This document shows positions 1 through 11,431 of a stretch of DNA of 64,000 bases, piece by piece. A program made the translations under genes and the position numbers. The stretch lies in assembly GCA_052426225.1 (NCBI GenBank), contig JBNJNM010000011.1, positions 4,588,001 to 4,652,000 on the forward strand, in the 5' to 3' direction. Under the pieces are notes generated by a model, which saw nothing but the letters and a program-made list of their open reading frames with translations, made no database searches and was not told where the DNA came from. The DNA is from Zancudomyces culisetae HAW-14-8 (lineage: Eukaryota; Fungi; Kickxellomycota). Within the stretch, counting starts at the first letter, position 1, and the number at the start of each line of letters is the position of its first letter.

Positions 1-477
1 TTCTACTTTATATTTTGGCTACAACAATTCTTAATCTGCGCTTACTGTTTAATTTTATTTCAAATACCCTATCACGTTTTTTTTAGACTAATTACAAAAC
101 CTTGAAACACAAAGCTCTATTTCCTGATTTGTACACTTTACATCCATGATCAAAATGATGAATTATCTGAGTACCCACTTCCTTTAGCCAACTCCATGAG
201 CTTCGATTTAACCTTTTGAAACAAAGAGGTTCACAATTAACTCACCAATAAAACAGTGTTGCACTTGGTTGATGCCATAAAAGACGCCAAAATGAGTTTC
301 ATGGAATTTTAGTTCATTATCGTATTGAAATATGAAAAAAATTAGACATGGAAACAAAGAAACAAAACTAAATATAAACGTTAGATAGAGTTTTTATATA
401 CCTACACAAAAAATATCCAAAAAAAGGCATCAAGATTCTAGAAAAGGTGTAGATATTGTACTGGAGAGTTACAGGCT

Positions 478-2019
478 TTATAAAAGGTCTTTGATATTTG
501 TTATGCATGGTGAAGGTGTTGAGACGAGCACTGTAGATTTGTTAACGATAACAGTAGTCGATCCGTTGTCAAGAGTTGAGGTTGAAAGCTTCACATCAAC
601 TCTGTATTTGGTTCTATTGTATACAATCACCGAGCCGATCTTTGTGTAGCAGGTTTGGCGACCCACAGGAGTCGAAGCGTTTGTGCTAATATCTGGTGGC
701 TGTGTAATTACATATGTAGGTTTAGATGTAGGTGTAGGTGTAGGTGTTGGTGTTGGTGTTGGTGTAGGAGTAGGAGTTGGTGTTGGAGTTGGAGTAGGAG
801 TAGGAGTAGGAGTAGGAGTTGGAGTAGGAGTTGGTGTTGGTGTTGGAGTTGGTGTTGGAGTTGGTGTTGGAGTTGGTGTTGGAGTTGGAGTTGGAGTTGG
901 AGTTGGTGTTGGAGTTGGTGTTGGAGTTGGTGTGGATGTATAACTAGAACTGCTTGTTGGATTCACTGTAGGTGCAGATGTTGGAGTTGGCATGGGTATG
1001 AGTGTAGACATCGATGTGGGTATAGATGCTTCACTGGTTGAAATAATGGTGGACCTGCTTTCTGATGAAGATACTGACCAATCAGTAACGGTTGTTACGC
1101 TAGAAGGCCCATGGGTCGTTGTCTCACTTTCTGAAACTGCCGAATCATTGGTACTTGTGATCTCAGTGACGGATTCTAATTCACTATCATCGCTAGTTGA
1201 GTCTAGTGACGTACTTTGATCGATAGGACTAAGGGTTCCATCCCTACCTGTATTCGTAATGGTGTATGTATAATCCTCATACTCACTCTCTACACTCTCG
1301 TACTCACTCTCTACGCTCACAGAACTGCTCTCCACATCCATAGAGCTGCTCTCCACACTTATAGAATCGCTCTCTTCACTATGCTCGCTGCTGCTTGTAA
1401 CGCTCAGAGACGAAGTATCTGAACCCTGTGATTGAATATCACAATCATTTAAGCACGTCAGCTGAAGTGAACTGTAGGTTGCATCACCAGTATACACACC
1501 AAAATCGATAAATTTGACACCAAATGATCCAGGCACAGTATAATTTGTCAATATATAATTGTCATCATCGCCGGATAACAACCCAATTGCGATATTCTGT
1601 CCCGTGACATCTATATAAAAGTCTGTGTTATTTCTTGTCAAAGACACTTGATTATAGCCAGTAATTTCATTATTGATATCGGCTTGGTAAAATATACCAA
1701 AGTTTGATGACCAAAAACCAAATATTGCCTGAACTACACTGTTATCACCTGATGAAGCAGTAAGTGGGTTTTTGACTCCAGCTAGTGAAATAACTGGATC
1801 AGTTTCTGTTTTAACTTTTCCGCTAATTCGGAAACTTGACGAGGTACATGTATTCTCGATGGGATTCGTCCAAGTACCCTGTCCAAAATCACCACTGTTA
1901 TTTACCGATACGTTATCTATGGTTATTTTTGTCTTCTCTACGCAATCAGTATAAGCTGTAGCAACAAACCCATAAGCAAATAATGACGCTAAAAGCTTTT
2001 TGTAACTTTTTCCTGACAT
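478..2019 (-). CDS. Secreted Ser/Thr/Pro-rich mucin/adhesin-like orphan protein with (Thr-Pro)34 stalk
   Basis: 513-aa intronless ORF. Signal-peptide-like N-terminus ([16 protein letters not shown]), ~170-aa Cys-bounded globular region, acidic Ser/Thr linker, TP repeat, short C-terminal domain with 2 Cys. Confidence 0.8.
   Translation of the reverse strand: MSGKSYKKLLASLFAYGFVATAYTDCVEKTKITIDNVSVNNSGDFGQGTWTNPIENTCTSSSFRISGKVKTETDPVISLAGVKNPLTASSGDNSVVQAIFGFWSSNFGIFYQADINNEITGYNQVSLTRNNTDFYIDVTGQNIAIGLLSGDDDNYILTNYTVPGSFGVKFIDFGVYTGDATYSSLQLTCLNDCDIQSQGSDTSSLSVTSSSEHSEESDSISVESSSMDVESSSVSVESEYESVESEYEDYTYTITNTGRDGTLSPIDQSTSLDSTSDDSELESVTEITSTNDSAVSESETTTHGPSSVTTVTDWSVSSSESRSTIISTSEASIPTSMSTLIPMPTPTSAPTVNPTSSSSYTSTPTPTPTPTPTPTPTPTPTPTPTPTPTPTPTPTPTPTPTPTPTPTPTPTPTPTPTPTPTPTPTPTPTPTSKPTYVITQPPDISTNASTPVGRQTCYTKIGSVIVYNRTKYRVDVKLSTSTLDNGSTTVIVNKSTVLVSTPSPCITNIKDLL
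731..934. repeat. Coding hexamer tandem repeat (GGWGTN)x34 encoding (Thr-Pro)34 on the minus strand
   Basis: 204 nt of ggtgta/ggtgtt/ggagta/ggagtt units. Confidence 0.95.
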
Positions 2020-4342
2020 TTTCTGTGGGTTAATTTGATTTATTTAGTTTTTTTAAATGTTATTTTCGTGCTATTATTGTATTTCGTTTGATTGTATAAT
2101 GATATTGCTTGAATATTGCCTTTGCAAAATCTTTGGCTCGGGCGGTCGTTATTATTCCTAAAGATTTGGTTATAGGGTAAGGATATATCAGTAGTTTTTC
2201 AATTTCTACTTGAGTATATATGCCGTATAAAGTCGTGTATTATTTTTATATATGACCAATGCTCAACATAGCTCTTTTATGCTAAGAAAGGTTGTATTAT
2301 AAGAAATGTATATATATGTATATATGCCAGATAATGAATTCAAAGAATTTGTCAAAAAGAAAATAACCAACTTTAAATATGCTAGCTTCACAAAGGATTA
2401 TTAATTTTTTTTAACCGAAATAGGATATCGTGAGATAGAGCTTCCAGCTTGGTGCCCACTCAAGACCAATTGAGCAATCTTCTAATACTTCACCTATCAT
2501 TTTTTTGTACTACTTTAACTCCGTGATGCCATTATAATAGATTTAATCCGCTATTAATAGTTTTTTCTAAAAATAAATTTGTAATCGCATTTTAAGCCAA
2601 TAATTAAAGTAGAAAACTTCCATAATTTTATTAAAATAGAAACTTGGTTGGATCTCTCACTAATGAAATCACCATAAAAGGTTAATTATGCAACAATACA
2701 ATACTTTCCTCTCAGTAGTACGTGTTGTTTTCGACATTACAAACAACTTGCGTAAATTATCAAACTGCCTATACATACAAATCATCCCGTTATTTCGAAA
2801 GTTCGCAAAAAGAAAAAAAAAACTCCCCACTTCCAGAACCTCATATGCAAACATGCAGTTTTGTCAAATATCAAAAATCACTTTTGGAGCCAGATACCTG
2901 GTGTACAATTTGTATCCATTAAGGTATTATTCTGCTTCACAAATCCCGGAATTACACAAGCCTCAAGTTCAACTCGTTTAATTGGTTATATTTGACGATT
3001 TTTCGGTTAAACCTAATGGTCACACTAGTGATTCCTAAAGTGAGGTAGCAGCTTAACAGAGGAGAGGGGGTTGGTAGTTCAAGACAAGCTGCTCATATGA
3101 ATTTATTAAAACTAGCGGAACTAAAGAATGTTAACCGATATCATGTACAAAATATATATTTAATAACCGAATGTTAATGTATATATTATTTGCCCTAGTC
3201 TACAGAAAAATTGGCTATTTATTACAGAAGTATGTATACACACACACACAAAACTGTACCTGAATAGGCGCGTATAATTGGTTTTTATGTGCATCTGTAA
3301 TAAATTTCAGCGTAGAACCTAAATCATCAAGTTTTGATCCCATCAAGTAAATTATGTTTACCCCTCCTCCCCTTCGCATATTTGTAGTGAGTGGTAAGTT
3401 TAGATATTATATCTTTAACACCTATTCAGGCAACGTATCAACAAGTGATCGATACCTTCATCTACATGATAGCAGAAAACGAACGTCCGATTCTGTTGAG
3501 ATGTCACATTATTTAAATAGGTGGCGACAATAATTTTGTTAAAAAAATGTTATTCATTTTGTTCTTATACTGTATATATGATAAAAATAAAAACCGGGAG
3601 CGAATTGTTCAATTGGTAGTATGATACAATAAATACACGAAAGCCAGTTTCCATTTTGATAACTCTGTGATTAAATACTGTTTAAACGTGCCATACATGT
3701 GTATATCACTATCGTTACACATCACTTTCTAAGCAGCCATCAATCTAAGATTCCTTGCATATATCTGTTTGTACAGAAGTGACCAAAAAAAAAGTGCAAT
3801 GCTATACATTTTCAAGACGTTATATACGAATGCTATGCTCTAAGCTGACTTTGCACCACAATTTGCGTGAAATGTTTTTATAGTGGAGGAGGTATGAGGT
3901 GATAAATCTTTCCAAACCAGAATTGTCTTTAAATCTATTAGAGAAAAAATCCGACTTATCAAAAACAGATCAATGTAAAATTGACGTGCTTTTGCAAAAT
4001 TGCGATTTTTTTTTATCGAAAAAAAGACTGAAAAATAAATATAAAAAGCCAATTAAAATAAAATACCGGTTGTGCACAGCATCATTTTTTTAAAGCATAT
4101 GCGACCACAAAACTAAAACTGTAAACAAAAAAAGCGAGTAATAGCCAAACACTATTCACAAAAAGGGCTAAAAGAAAAAAAAAGCTGATGGCCACTCATT
4201 ACTTTTTTAAAGAAAATTTTTTTTTAGCTGAATTGGTTTGCACCATTAAAATATGATCAGCAACTAAAAGAAACAAAATGACAAGGTGCAGGTTGTGTGG
4301 TAAACAGACATGCTCCCAATAAAAAAAGTGCCACACAAAAAA

Positions 4343-4392
4343 CAAAACAAAACAAAATAAAACAAAACAAAGTAAAACAAAACAAAGTAAAA
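4343..4392. repeat. Imperfect (AAAAC)n pentamer microsatellite upstream of PCNA
   Basis: caaaacaaaacaaaataaaacaaaacaaagtaaaacaaaac. Confidence 0.8.
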
Positions 4393-4547
4393 AACGAGGT
4401 TTTAAGAGACATAAAATCAAAATATCTCTTTGTTATTTATTATTTTTTTGAGCTCTATCAAAAAGAAGGTTGTATATCTATTGTAGTAACAGTATAAAAA
4501 AAACTAACAAAGTTTGCTAGGTAAATAAAATAAATAAAGAGGAAAAC

Positions 4548-5375
4548 ATGCTAGAAGCAAGATTATTACAGGCATCAATACTAAAGGGGATTGTGGAATC
4601 AGTGAAGGATCTGGTAAGAGAGGCCAACTTTGACTGCAGCGACAGCGGAATTAGCTTTCAAGCTATGGATGAGTCGAATGTAGCACTGTCGAGCTTTCTG
4701 TTGAGAGCAGAAGGATTTGAAACATATAGATGCGATAGAAACCTATCGCTTGGAGTACGCTTTAGCAGTCTTTCAAAGATCTTGAAGTGCGCAAACAATG
4801 ATGACATTGTGGTAATTAGAGCTGAGGACGACGCAGATGTATTGAATTTTGTGTTTGAGTCACCAGATGAGAGCAAAATCAGCGAGTATCAAATCAAGTT
4901 ATTGGATATTGATGGAGAACACCTGTCAATCCCTGAACAAGAGTTTGACTGTGTGATCAAGATGAGTTCTAGTGAATTTTCCAAGTTATGCAGGGACATG
5001 ACGCTATTAGGACAGACAGTGGTTATTGATGCGGCAAAAGAGGGTGTAAAATTCAGCACATATGGTGATATTGGCGCTGGTTCAGTACTTTACAAGCATA
5101 GCTCATCAATAGACGATAGCAGCTCCGGATCTGGTGGTAAAGGAAGGGGAGGTAGCGGTGGAATGTCTGCTCGTGGTTGTTCAATTGAACTACGTGAGCC
5201 AGTTAGTCTGGAACTTTCTCTAAAATACTTGAATAACTTTACTAAGGCTGCTCCACTTTCAGACTACGTTGTAATCTCGGCAAGTAACGAAATCCCAGTA
5301 ATGGTACAGTTTGATGTTGGAGATATAGGGTATATTAGATACTACCTTGCTCCACAGATTAAGGATACTGAATAA
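4548..5375 (+). CDS. PCNA: Proliferating cell nuclear antigen (sliding clamp)
   Basis: MLEARL...QAMD...YRCDRN...YYLAP motifs; K164-equivalent retained (AAKEGVKFS). Confidence 0.98.
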   Translation: MLEARLLQASILKGIVESVKDLVREANFDCSDSGISFQAMDESNVALSSFLLRAEGFETYRCDRNLSLGVRFSSLSKILKCANNDDIVVIRAEDDADVLNFVFESPDESKISEYQIKLLDIDGEHLSIPEQEFDCVIKMSSSEFSKLCRDMTLLGQTVVIDAAKEGVKFSTYGDIGAGSVLYKHSSSIDDSSSGSGGKGRGGSGGMSARGCSIELREPVSLELSLKYLNNFTKAAPLSDYVVISASNEIPVMVQFDVGDIGYIRYYLAPQIKDTE

Positions 5376-5721
5376 TTCGTGTTTCCTATTGGCTTGTTTT
5401 TATATTAGTACATTCTGATTTTTGTCCATTTTTCAAATTACAACCCGAAAATAAAATTTTTTACAGAAGAATTTCCATCAAAAGTGCGATTTTCCTACAT
5501 TTGTGGGTCCAGTTTTCATAAAATAAAAGGTAAAGGTTAAAAAAATAAAATAAAAAAAAAACTTTATAAAAAAATTTTTTTTCTGGGGAAACTATGTCAT
5601 AATCGGTGCTAACCAGGCTACACAGCTTCTTATAAAAGAAAAAACTAGACTCAACATTCATGAACTTGTTGAGGAGATAAAAGACATCAGTAAGGAAAAT
5701 ATAGGTAAAAGTAGTGTGGAA

Positions 5722-8343
5722 ATGGAAGGAATGGACTTTAAGGATAAGCAAAAGCTCAAGGAATACCTGGAAAAGGGGTATGGAAAGTTCATGAAGGCAA
5801 CAAGAAGAGCTAATGCGATCAAGGCAGGCGATTTGGAGGTGTATGGCATGATTTCAGATGAAATAAGCGAGAAGGTGGAAAAAGCAAAAGGGAAAGTCGA
5901 GGGAATGATAAATACGTTATACAAGGGGGTTGAAAAAAGTACTAGCGAAAGAAATGAAAAGAAAAAAATAATAGAAACTATTGAAGATGTGCTAATTGAG
6001 AGTAAGAGTGTGAATGACTCAAGAGATGGAACGGGAACAAATAAAACTATCAGATACATGAATGGTGAGGGTTATAAAAAAATTGTAGAGAAAATAGAAA
6101 ACCTGATGGATAAAGTGGAATATGGAATCATTGAGGGCAGCGCTGGACCTTCTGGATATACCAGGGGCAATAAAATAGAACAAGAAAAAGGTACTGTTGG
6201 TGGTGCGGGGAAGATAGTGGTAACAAAAGTAAAAGAAAAGGATACAACCCGCGTGGTGATACATGCGAGCAATATTCCACGGCCCCAGGTGGAATTTAAG
6301 GATGTGGTCGATAATTCTGCAACGACAGAATGGAAACACAAGCTTACAACAAAGGTCAACGCACTAGTTCCATTAGAGGAATCCGGAGAGAAGGGGATGG
6401 ATAGACAGCATTTGACAGAAATGGGAATAGAGACAGCAGCAGAAAACCCATACAACTACGAAATCAAAGCCTTTGAGCCACCGGCCAGAGTTTACGAGTT
6501 GGTGGAGCCAATAAAATACAAGGAGGGTATGGAATATGGTCCGGAAGACTATCTATATGTAGATAGCGAAGAGACACTAGCCCAGATGATGACAGAACTA
6601 AAGGCGTTGGAAGGTAGGGATGCGGATATAGCAGTGGACTTGGAACATCACAACTACCGAAGCTTTTTAGGATTTACATGCCTGATGCAGATATCTAGTC
6701 GAAAAAAGGATTACATTGTGGATACGATCAAACTACGTAACGAACTACAGGTTTTAAACGAGATTTTTACTGACCCGAAAATAGTTAAAGTATTCCACGG
6801 CGCAGATAGCGATATCGAGTGGCTTCAGAGAGACTTTGGATGCTATGTAGTAGGCCTGTTTGATACATATGTGGCATCAAAAGCGCTACCTTCGATACAC
6901 ACAAAATATTCGCTAAGCGCGCTGGTAGATAAGTATGTAGGTGGGGGAATTCAGTTAGACAAGAGGTTTCAATTGGCAGATTGGAGGTTGAGACCATTGC
7001 TGCCTGAAATGATAAACTATGCACGGAGCGACACTCACTATTTACTATATATTTATGACCAGATAAAGAACGACTTGATAATTCAGCAAAACAAAAGCAA
7101 AAAGAAGGAGAATGATCAAGATCACCAGCTGACACAGGACACCGTGTTGGTTAAATACGTATTTAACAAGTCAAAGTCGGTCAGCTTAAAGACTTACAAA
7201 AAGGAGATGTACGATTTTCACGGCGGAACGGGGCCGAATGGCTGGAGGCCTTTAGTGGTGAAATACAATCTGTTATCAATATTTAACCCCCTTCAGTTAC
7301 AGGTATTCAAGGCTATTCATAGTTGGCGCGACCAGATTGCTAGAATCGAAGATGAGTCTACACGATACGTCTTACCTAACCACAATCTTTTCAGCATTTC
7401 TAAATCTTTACCATTACAGCCAGCAGACCTCTACTCGCTTTGCTCAACATCAAACGCAGTTCCTCCGCTAGTGAGGGTGTATGCTAACGACATTATTTCC
7501 ATCATTAGTGATTGTGTTAGCAACTATAACGCCTCCAAAGATGATACCGATGGCTTACTGGCCTTACAGCAACAACAGAATTTTCAACATCAACAGCAAA
7601 ACGACTACTCGGACCGTTCGGCTATACTCAGCGGTACTGAGTTTCTTGATTATCATGACATTGTTTCTGATAGCAAGGACACCGATTCCTCGAGACTACT
7701 GTCGAAAAAATCAACACTGTTTGATGACGCTTATATTGTTATTCCATCAGCACTACCACAATCTTTGCTTGATCAGGACCACGCAAACAATAACTCCATA
7801 CTTTCAGACATTAAAAAAGATATTTTGTTGTTTTCCACCTACTTAACCTCAGCTGCTGAAAACCTTGAGCAAGAGGAAAACCATGATGATGTGTCCAACC
7901 CTGTAGAAACCGAGACAGTTGAACAAATCCCGACTGAACTCAAGATGGAAACCGACGAGAGTGAGGTCAGCGGCAGGTCGGATTCCCATCTTGGCAAAAA
8001 ACGCAAACAAGTAGCGAGCTCTTCTGCCAGCGCCAACAAGTCTTTACCAAAGTCTGCAAGTGAGAATGTCATCGATCTTGATCACGAAGATTCTGATGAT
8101 GAACTATACCGTCTTGAAAACAATGAGAACAATAGTGGCAAAGCCAACAAGGCAGACAAATTTATTAAGAGAAAGTTAAAGTCTTTGTATAACTCTACCA
8201 TGCCCAAAAAAAGAAAACAAAACAAAGGCAACAAAGGCAACAAAAATAATGACAGTCATGAGAACAACAGTAACAGAACTAATGCCGGAGGAGACAAGAA
8301 ATTCTTTGATCCTTATAACTCACTTAAAACCCGTAGAAAGTAA
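5722..8343 (+). CDS. RRP6: Exosome 3'-5' exonuclease Rrp6/EXOSC10
   Basis: DEDDy motifs AVDLEHH, HGADSDIEWLQRDF, LADWRLRPL, YARSDTHYLLYIY; HRDC domain (WRDQIARIEDESTRYVLPN). First ATG at 5722; the ORF track starts at GTG 5716. Confidence 0.96.
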   Translation: MEGMDFKDKQKLKEYLEKGYGKFMKATRRANAIKAGDLEVYGMISDEISEKVEKAKGKVEGMINTLYKGVEKSTSERNEKKKIIETIEDVLIESKSVNDSRDGTGTNKTIRYMNGEGYKKIVEKIENLMDKVEYGIIEGSAGPSGYTRGNKIEQEKGTVGGAGKIVVTKVKEKDTTRVVIHASNIPRPQVEFKDVVDNSATTEWKHKLTTKVNALVPLEESGEKGMDRQHLTEMGIETAAENPYNYEIKAFEPPARVYELVEPIKYKEGMEYGPEDYLYVDSEETLAQMMTELKALEGRDADIAVDLEHHNYRSFLGFTCLMQISSRKKDYIVDTIKLRNELQVLNEIFTDPKIVKVFHGADSDIEWLQRDFGCYVVGLFDTYVASKALPSIHTKYSLSALVDKYVGGGIQLDKRFQLADWRLRPLLPEMINYARSDTHYLLYIYDQIKNDLIIQQNKSKKKENDQDHQLTQDTVLVKYVFNKSKSVSLKTYKKEMYDFHGGTGPNGWRPLVVKYNLLSIFNPLQLQVFKAIHSWRDQIARIEDESTRYVLPNHNLFSISKSLPLQPADLYSLCSTSNAVPPLVRVYANDIISIISDCVSNYNASKDDTDGLLALQQQQNFQHQQQNDYSDRSAILSGTEFLDYHDIVSDSKDTDSSRLLSKKSTLFDDAYIVIPSALPQSLLDQDHANNNSILSDIKKDILLFSTYLTSAAENLEQEENHDDVSNPVETETVEQIPTELKMETDESEVSGRSDSHLGKKRKQVASSSASANKSLPKSASENVIDLDHEDSDDELYRLENNENNSGKANKADKFIKRKLKSLYNSTMPKKRKQNKGNKGNKNNDSHENNSNRTNAGGDKKFFDPYNSLKTRRK

Positions 8344-8572
8344 TCATACATTTACTGTGTCCATTTCACTCCCTTAATTACATTTACTATTTTTATTCGA
8401 CTTGATATCAACCCTAATAAAAACCGAAAAACATGTAAATACTAACTAAACAAGCGTCTTTTAAAAAAAGATAAATTGGAGTATACCAGTGTGTATTTTT
8501 AGTTCCAGTTTAGGCTGGTTTTTTTTTTCGTTCTGTGCTCTCCAAAGAAAAAAAAGAAAACTAGAAAGAACC

Positions 8573-9406
8573 TTAGTTGGATGATTCGAAGTATTCAAGA
8601 CTTGCCTTTGGGCTTGGCTTGATGGTTGAAGATCCCTTCTTCCAGTTGGCTGGGCAGACCTCTCCGTGCTCGTCAGTGAATTGGATGGCCTCAATGAGTC
8701 TGATGGTCTCATCAACGCTTCTTCCTACTGGAAGGTCGTTGACCTGCATAACTCTGAGATTACCGTTTCCGTCAATGATGAACAATCCGCGCAAAGCAAT
8801 TCCTTCCTCGTCAATGAGAACCTTGTAGTCAGTGCTGATCTTCTTGGTCAAGTCAGCAACCAATGGAATTTGGATATCACCCAAACCACCCTTGTTTCTT
8901 GGGAGGTTGGTCCATGCCAAGTGTGAGAATTGTGAGTCAGTTGAAACACCAACAACCTCGGTGTTCAAGGCCTTGAATTCATCAATGCGGTCGCTGAAGG
9001 CCAACAATTCAGTTGGGCAGACAAAGGTGAAGTCCATTGGATAAAATACCATAACGACAAACTTGCCCTTGAAGTCTTCCAAGCTGAGTTGCTTGAACTC
9101 TCCGTTGGAGACGGCGGTGGCGGTCCATGATGGTGCTGGCTTTTGTACCTTCAATTCGGTGCTTCTTGGTGCTGCTTCGACTGTCATTGTTCTTATCTGT
9201 GTGTGTTGTGTGTTTTGGTTAATCAAACGGTTGTTACTAGTACTTTTGACCTTTGTGTACAATAGTCTGGTTGTTCCTAGATGCTGAATAGTCTTCAAGG
9301 TATTGCTGCCCTTTTGTGCTACTTTTATTCCAGAAAGAATATTAAAAGTATGATTTTTACTTTTTGGAAGTTGAGTTTTGGCTAATTGTGGGATTCTGGA
9401 AAGCAT
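8573..9406 (-). CDS. Typical 2-Cys peroxiredoxin (Prx1/AhpC family) with N-terminal mitochondrial-type presequence
   Basis: [25 protein letters not shown] and YF motifs; ~73-aa basic leader with no acidic residues. Confidence 0.96.
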   Translation of the reverse strand: MLSRIPQLAKTQLPKSKNHTFNILSGIKVAQKGSNTLKTIQHLGTTRLLYTKVKSTSNNRLINQNTQHTQIRTMTVEAAPRSTELKVQKPAPSWTATAVSNGEFKQLSLEDFKGKFVVMVFYPMDFTFVCPTELLAFSDRIDEFKALNTEVVGVSTDSQFSHLAWTNLPRNKGGLGDIQIPLVADLTKKISTDYKVLIDEEGIALRGLFIIDGNGNLRVMQVNDLPVGRSVDETIRLIEAIQFTDEHGEVCPANWKKGSSTIKPSPKASLEYFESSN

Positions 9407-10811
9407 TTTGATTTTATACTCTTATTACTAGAACCACTCTGTGTTTATTTATTTACTTATCTGATTTTTCTGTCGGCTTTAGAAAAAAATTTTATACCTA
9501 ATTTGCTTTAATAGAACACTAGCGAAGGAAATTTTGCTTAGGATTTAGTAATTCTGTAGTTTATCTTGGCCTTTTATTTTCTGCTAAACAGCCTATTATT
9601 AACGCTTTTAATTTCATTCATTACTATTTTTTTTGCCTGTCCCATTTGTGTTTTGCGTAAATGCTGAATAATTCAAAAAGCAATTGCGTTACAAAACAAA
9701 TGCTAGATGGAAATTAAAAAAAAAAAATTCGCCTTAAATTTGCAATTAGTCGAATCTGAAACTGGAAAATCAGAAATAAAAAACCCCATAACAAATTTAA
9801 AGATAAAGGCGGTGAGAAAGAAAAGAGCTGATTTGATTAGTACCATCCTTGGTGGGATTGCCCCCATTTGCTCCAAACTTGTTTTTTTTTTCCCTACAAA
9901 ATTACTAAATGAGACAAATTAGACACCCCTTTATCTTCTTCCCCCCCCTCCTCAAAGTGCAAGGACTTAAATATGTAACTTTGTTTTGTTTTGTTTTTTT
10001 AATTATAATTATCTTATCTTTTATGAAAATGGTAAGCAGAAAAGGAATCTTCCAGCGATCTTTTGCAAACTATGGTCTGGTGTGGGAGAAAATGTAAGTG
10101 TGTTCAGATGTATCATGTGGCTTTAGACAGTACAACATCCCTTTATTTAAGCAAAAGCAGGGTACAGTCACAGTCACAGCCACCGATTTACCTGAACATG
10201 CACACGCATTTAGGAACACATATTTGTTATAAATACTTGTTGAATTTTGTAATTTTCTATGATGTTCTATGGTTTCAAGATCATTTCCTCATTCCCATTT
10301 CTGTCTGCTTTATAATATTCAACCATAGATGGATGTGCTCGTGAAAATTCAAAATTCAAAATTTAAAACTGACCGCAAATTTTTACTCATTGTACTCTCT
10401 ATTCTAAAATCAAACCACATTAAAATCTATTCACCCAGATCCTTTCGATTAAGCAAGGCAGGATACACCATCTTAAACCAAGATAACTTGATGTAACTCC
10501 TGTAACCGCTCTTTAAGTACATGTAAAGGTGAATAAAAACACTATACCACAAACCAACTACATATCACAAAATACAGAGCTAATCGCCTTTTGATGACAC
10601 CACATCACCATTTAAATTTCATGTATAGCTGATCCCTAATGCCAGCATGCTGTTGTATTCTTTTTTTCTCGATAAAATTTATTTGAATTACAAATCAAAA
10701 ACCAAAAGAAATATCCCTATACCAAAAAAAATCATGAAAGATCAAGTCAAGTAACTCAAGCTACAATGAAGTGATACTCTTAGGTTTTCCGCCTAACACA
10801 CCATTACATCC

Positions 10812-11431
10812 TTAGACTGATGATGAAAATCCAATAACACCACATGCGAGTCTTCCTCCAGCATTACCTGTAACCAATGAAAGCTCGTGTCCACCTTTGC
10901 CCAAGTCATCCACATTTTCATGAACAACAACTGAACGTCTATATGTATTTAAAATATATTTCATTTTTTATTCGCTCTATATATGAATGTTTGTAGTCAT
11001 GGGATTGCGCTTGCACCATATCCATCATTTGGGCGTGGAGTACAAGCCAGTACAATACCGGGTTTTATTTTAAAAGTACAAACTTACCCGACAACACTGT
11101 TTGCGCCGAAAAGGGTCACCATTTTGTCAGTAATGTGCAACTTGGCAGCCTTGTCTTCTCCGCTGGATGAGATATTTCCCAAATCTCCAACGTGTCTAAC
11201 AGCGTCTTCAGGGGCACCGTGTGTTTTGCTAAATGGGTTAAAGTGTCCTCCTGCAGAAATACAGCCGTTGGTGTTGTCACCAAACTCGTGGATATGGAAA
11301 CCATGATCTCCCTTTTTGAGTCCATTGATTTCGGCAGTTATTTCTGCTGGTTTATCTGCAGACTCTTGCACAATTGTTACAACTCCTGTAACACCCTGAT
11401 CACCACGCAATACACAAACTGCCTTTACCAT
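10812..11431 (-). CDS. SOD1: Cu/Zn superoxide dismutase, 2 exons (11431-11088, 10938-10812), 156 aa
   Basis: [25 protein letters not shown]. The GT-AG intron joins SVVG|RSVVVH...[13 protein letters not shown]. Confidence 0.97.

Noticed and set aside
655-1041. + strand ORFs with (GV)n and (WC/WS/RS)n repeats
   Set aside because: Antisense shadows of the TP-repeat gene
3596-3630. tRNA D-arm-like string (gttcaattggtagtatg)
   Set aside because: No T-arm GTTCRA or acceptor-stem pairing downstream
8573-9406. Possible selenoprotein, since some early-diverging fungi use Sec
   Set aside because: Catalytic residues are Cys codons; no in-frame TGA or convincing SECIS seen in any gene here
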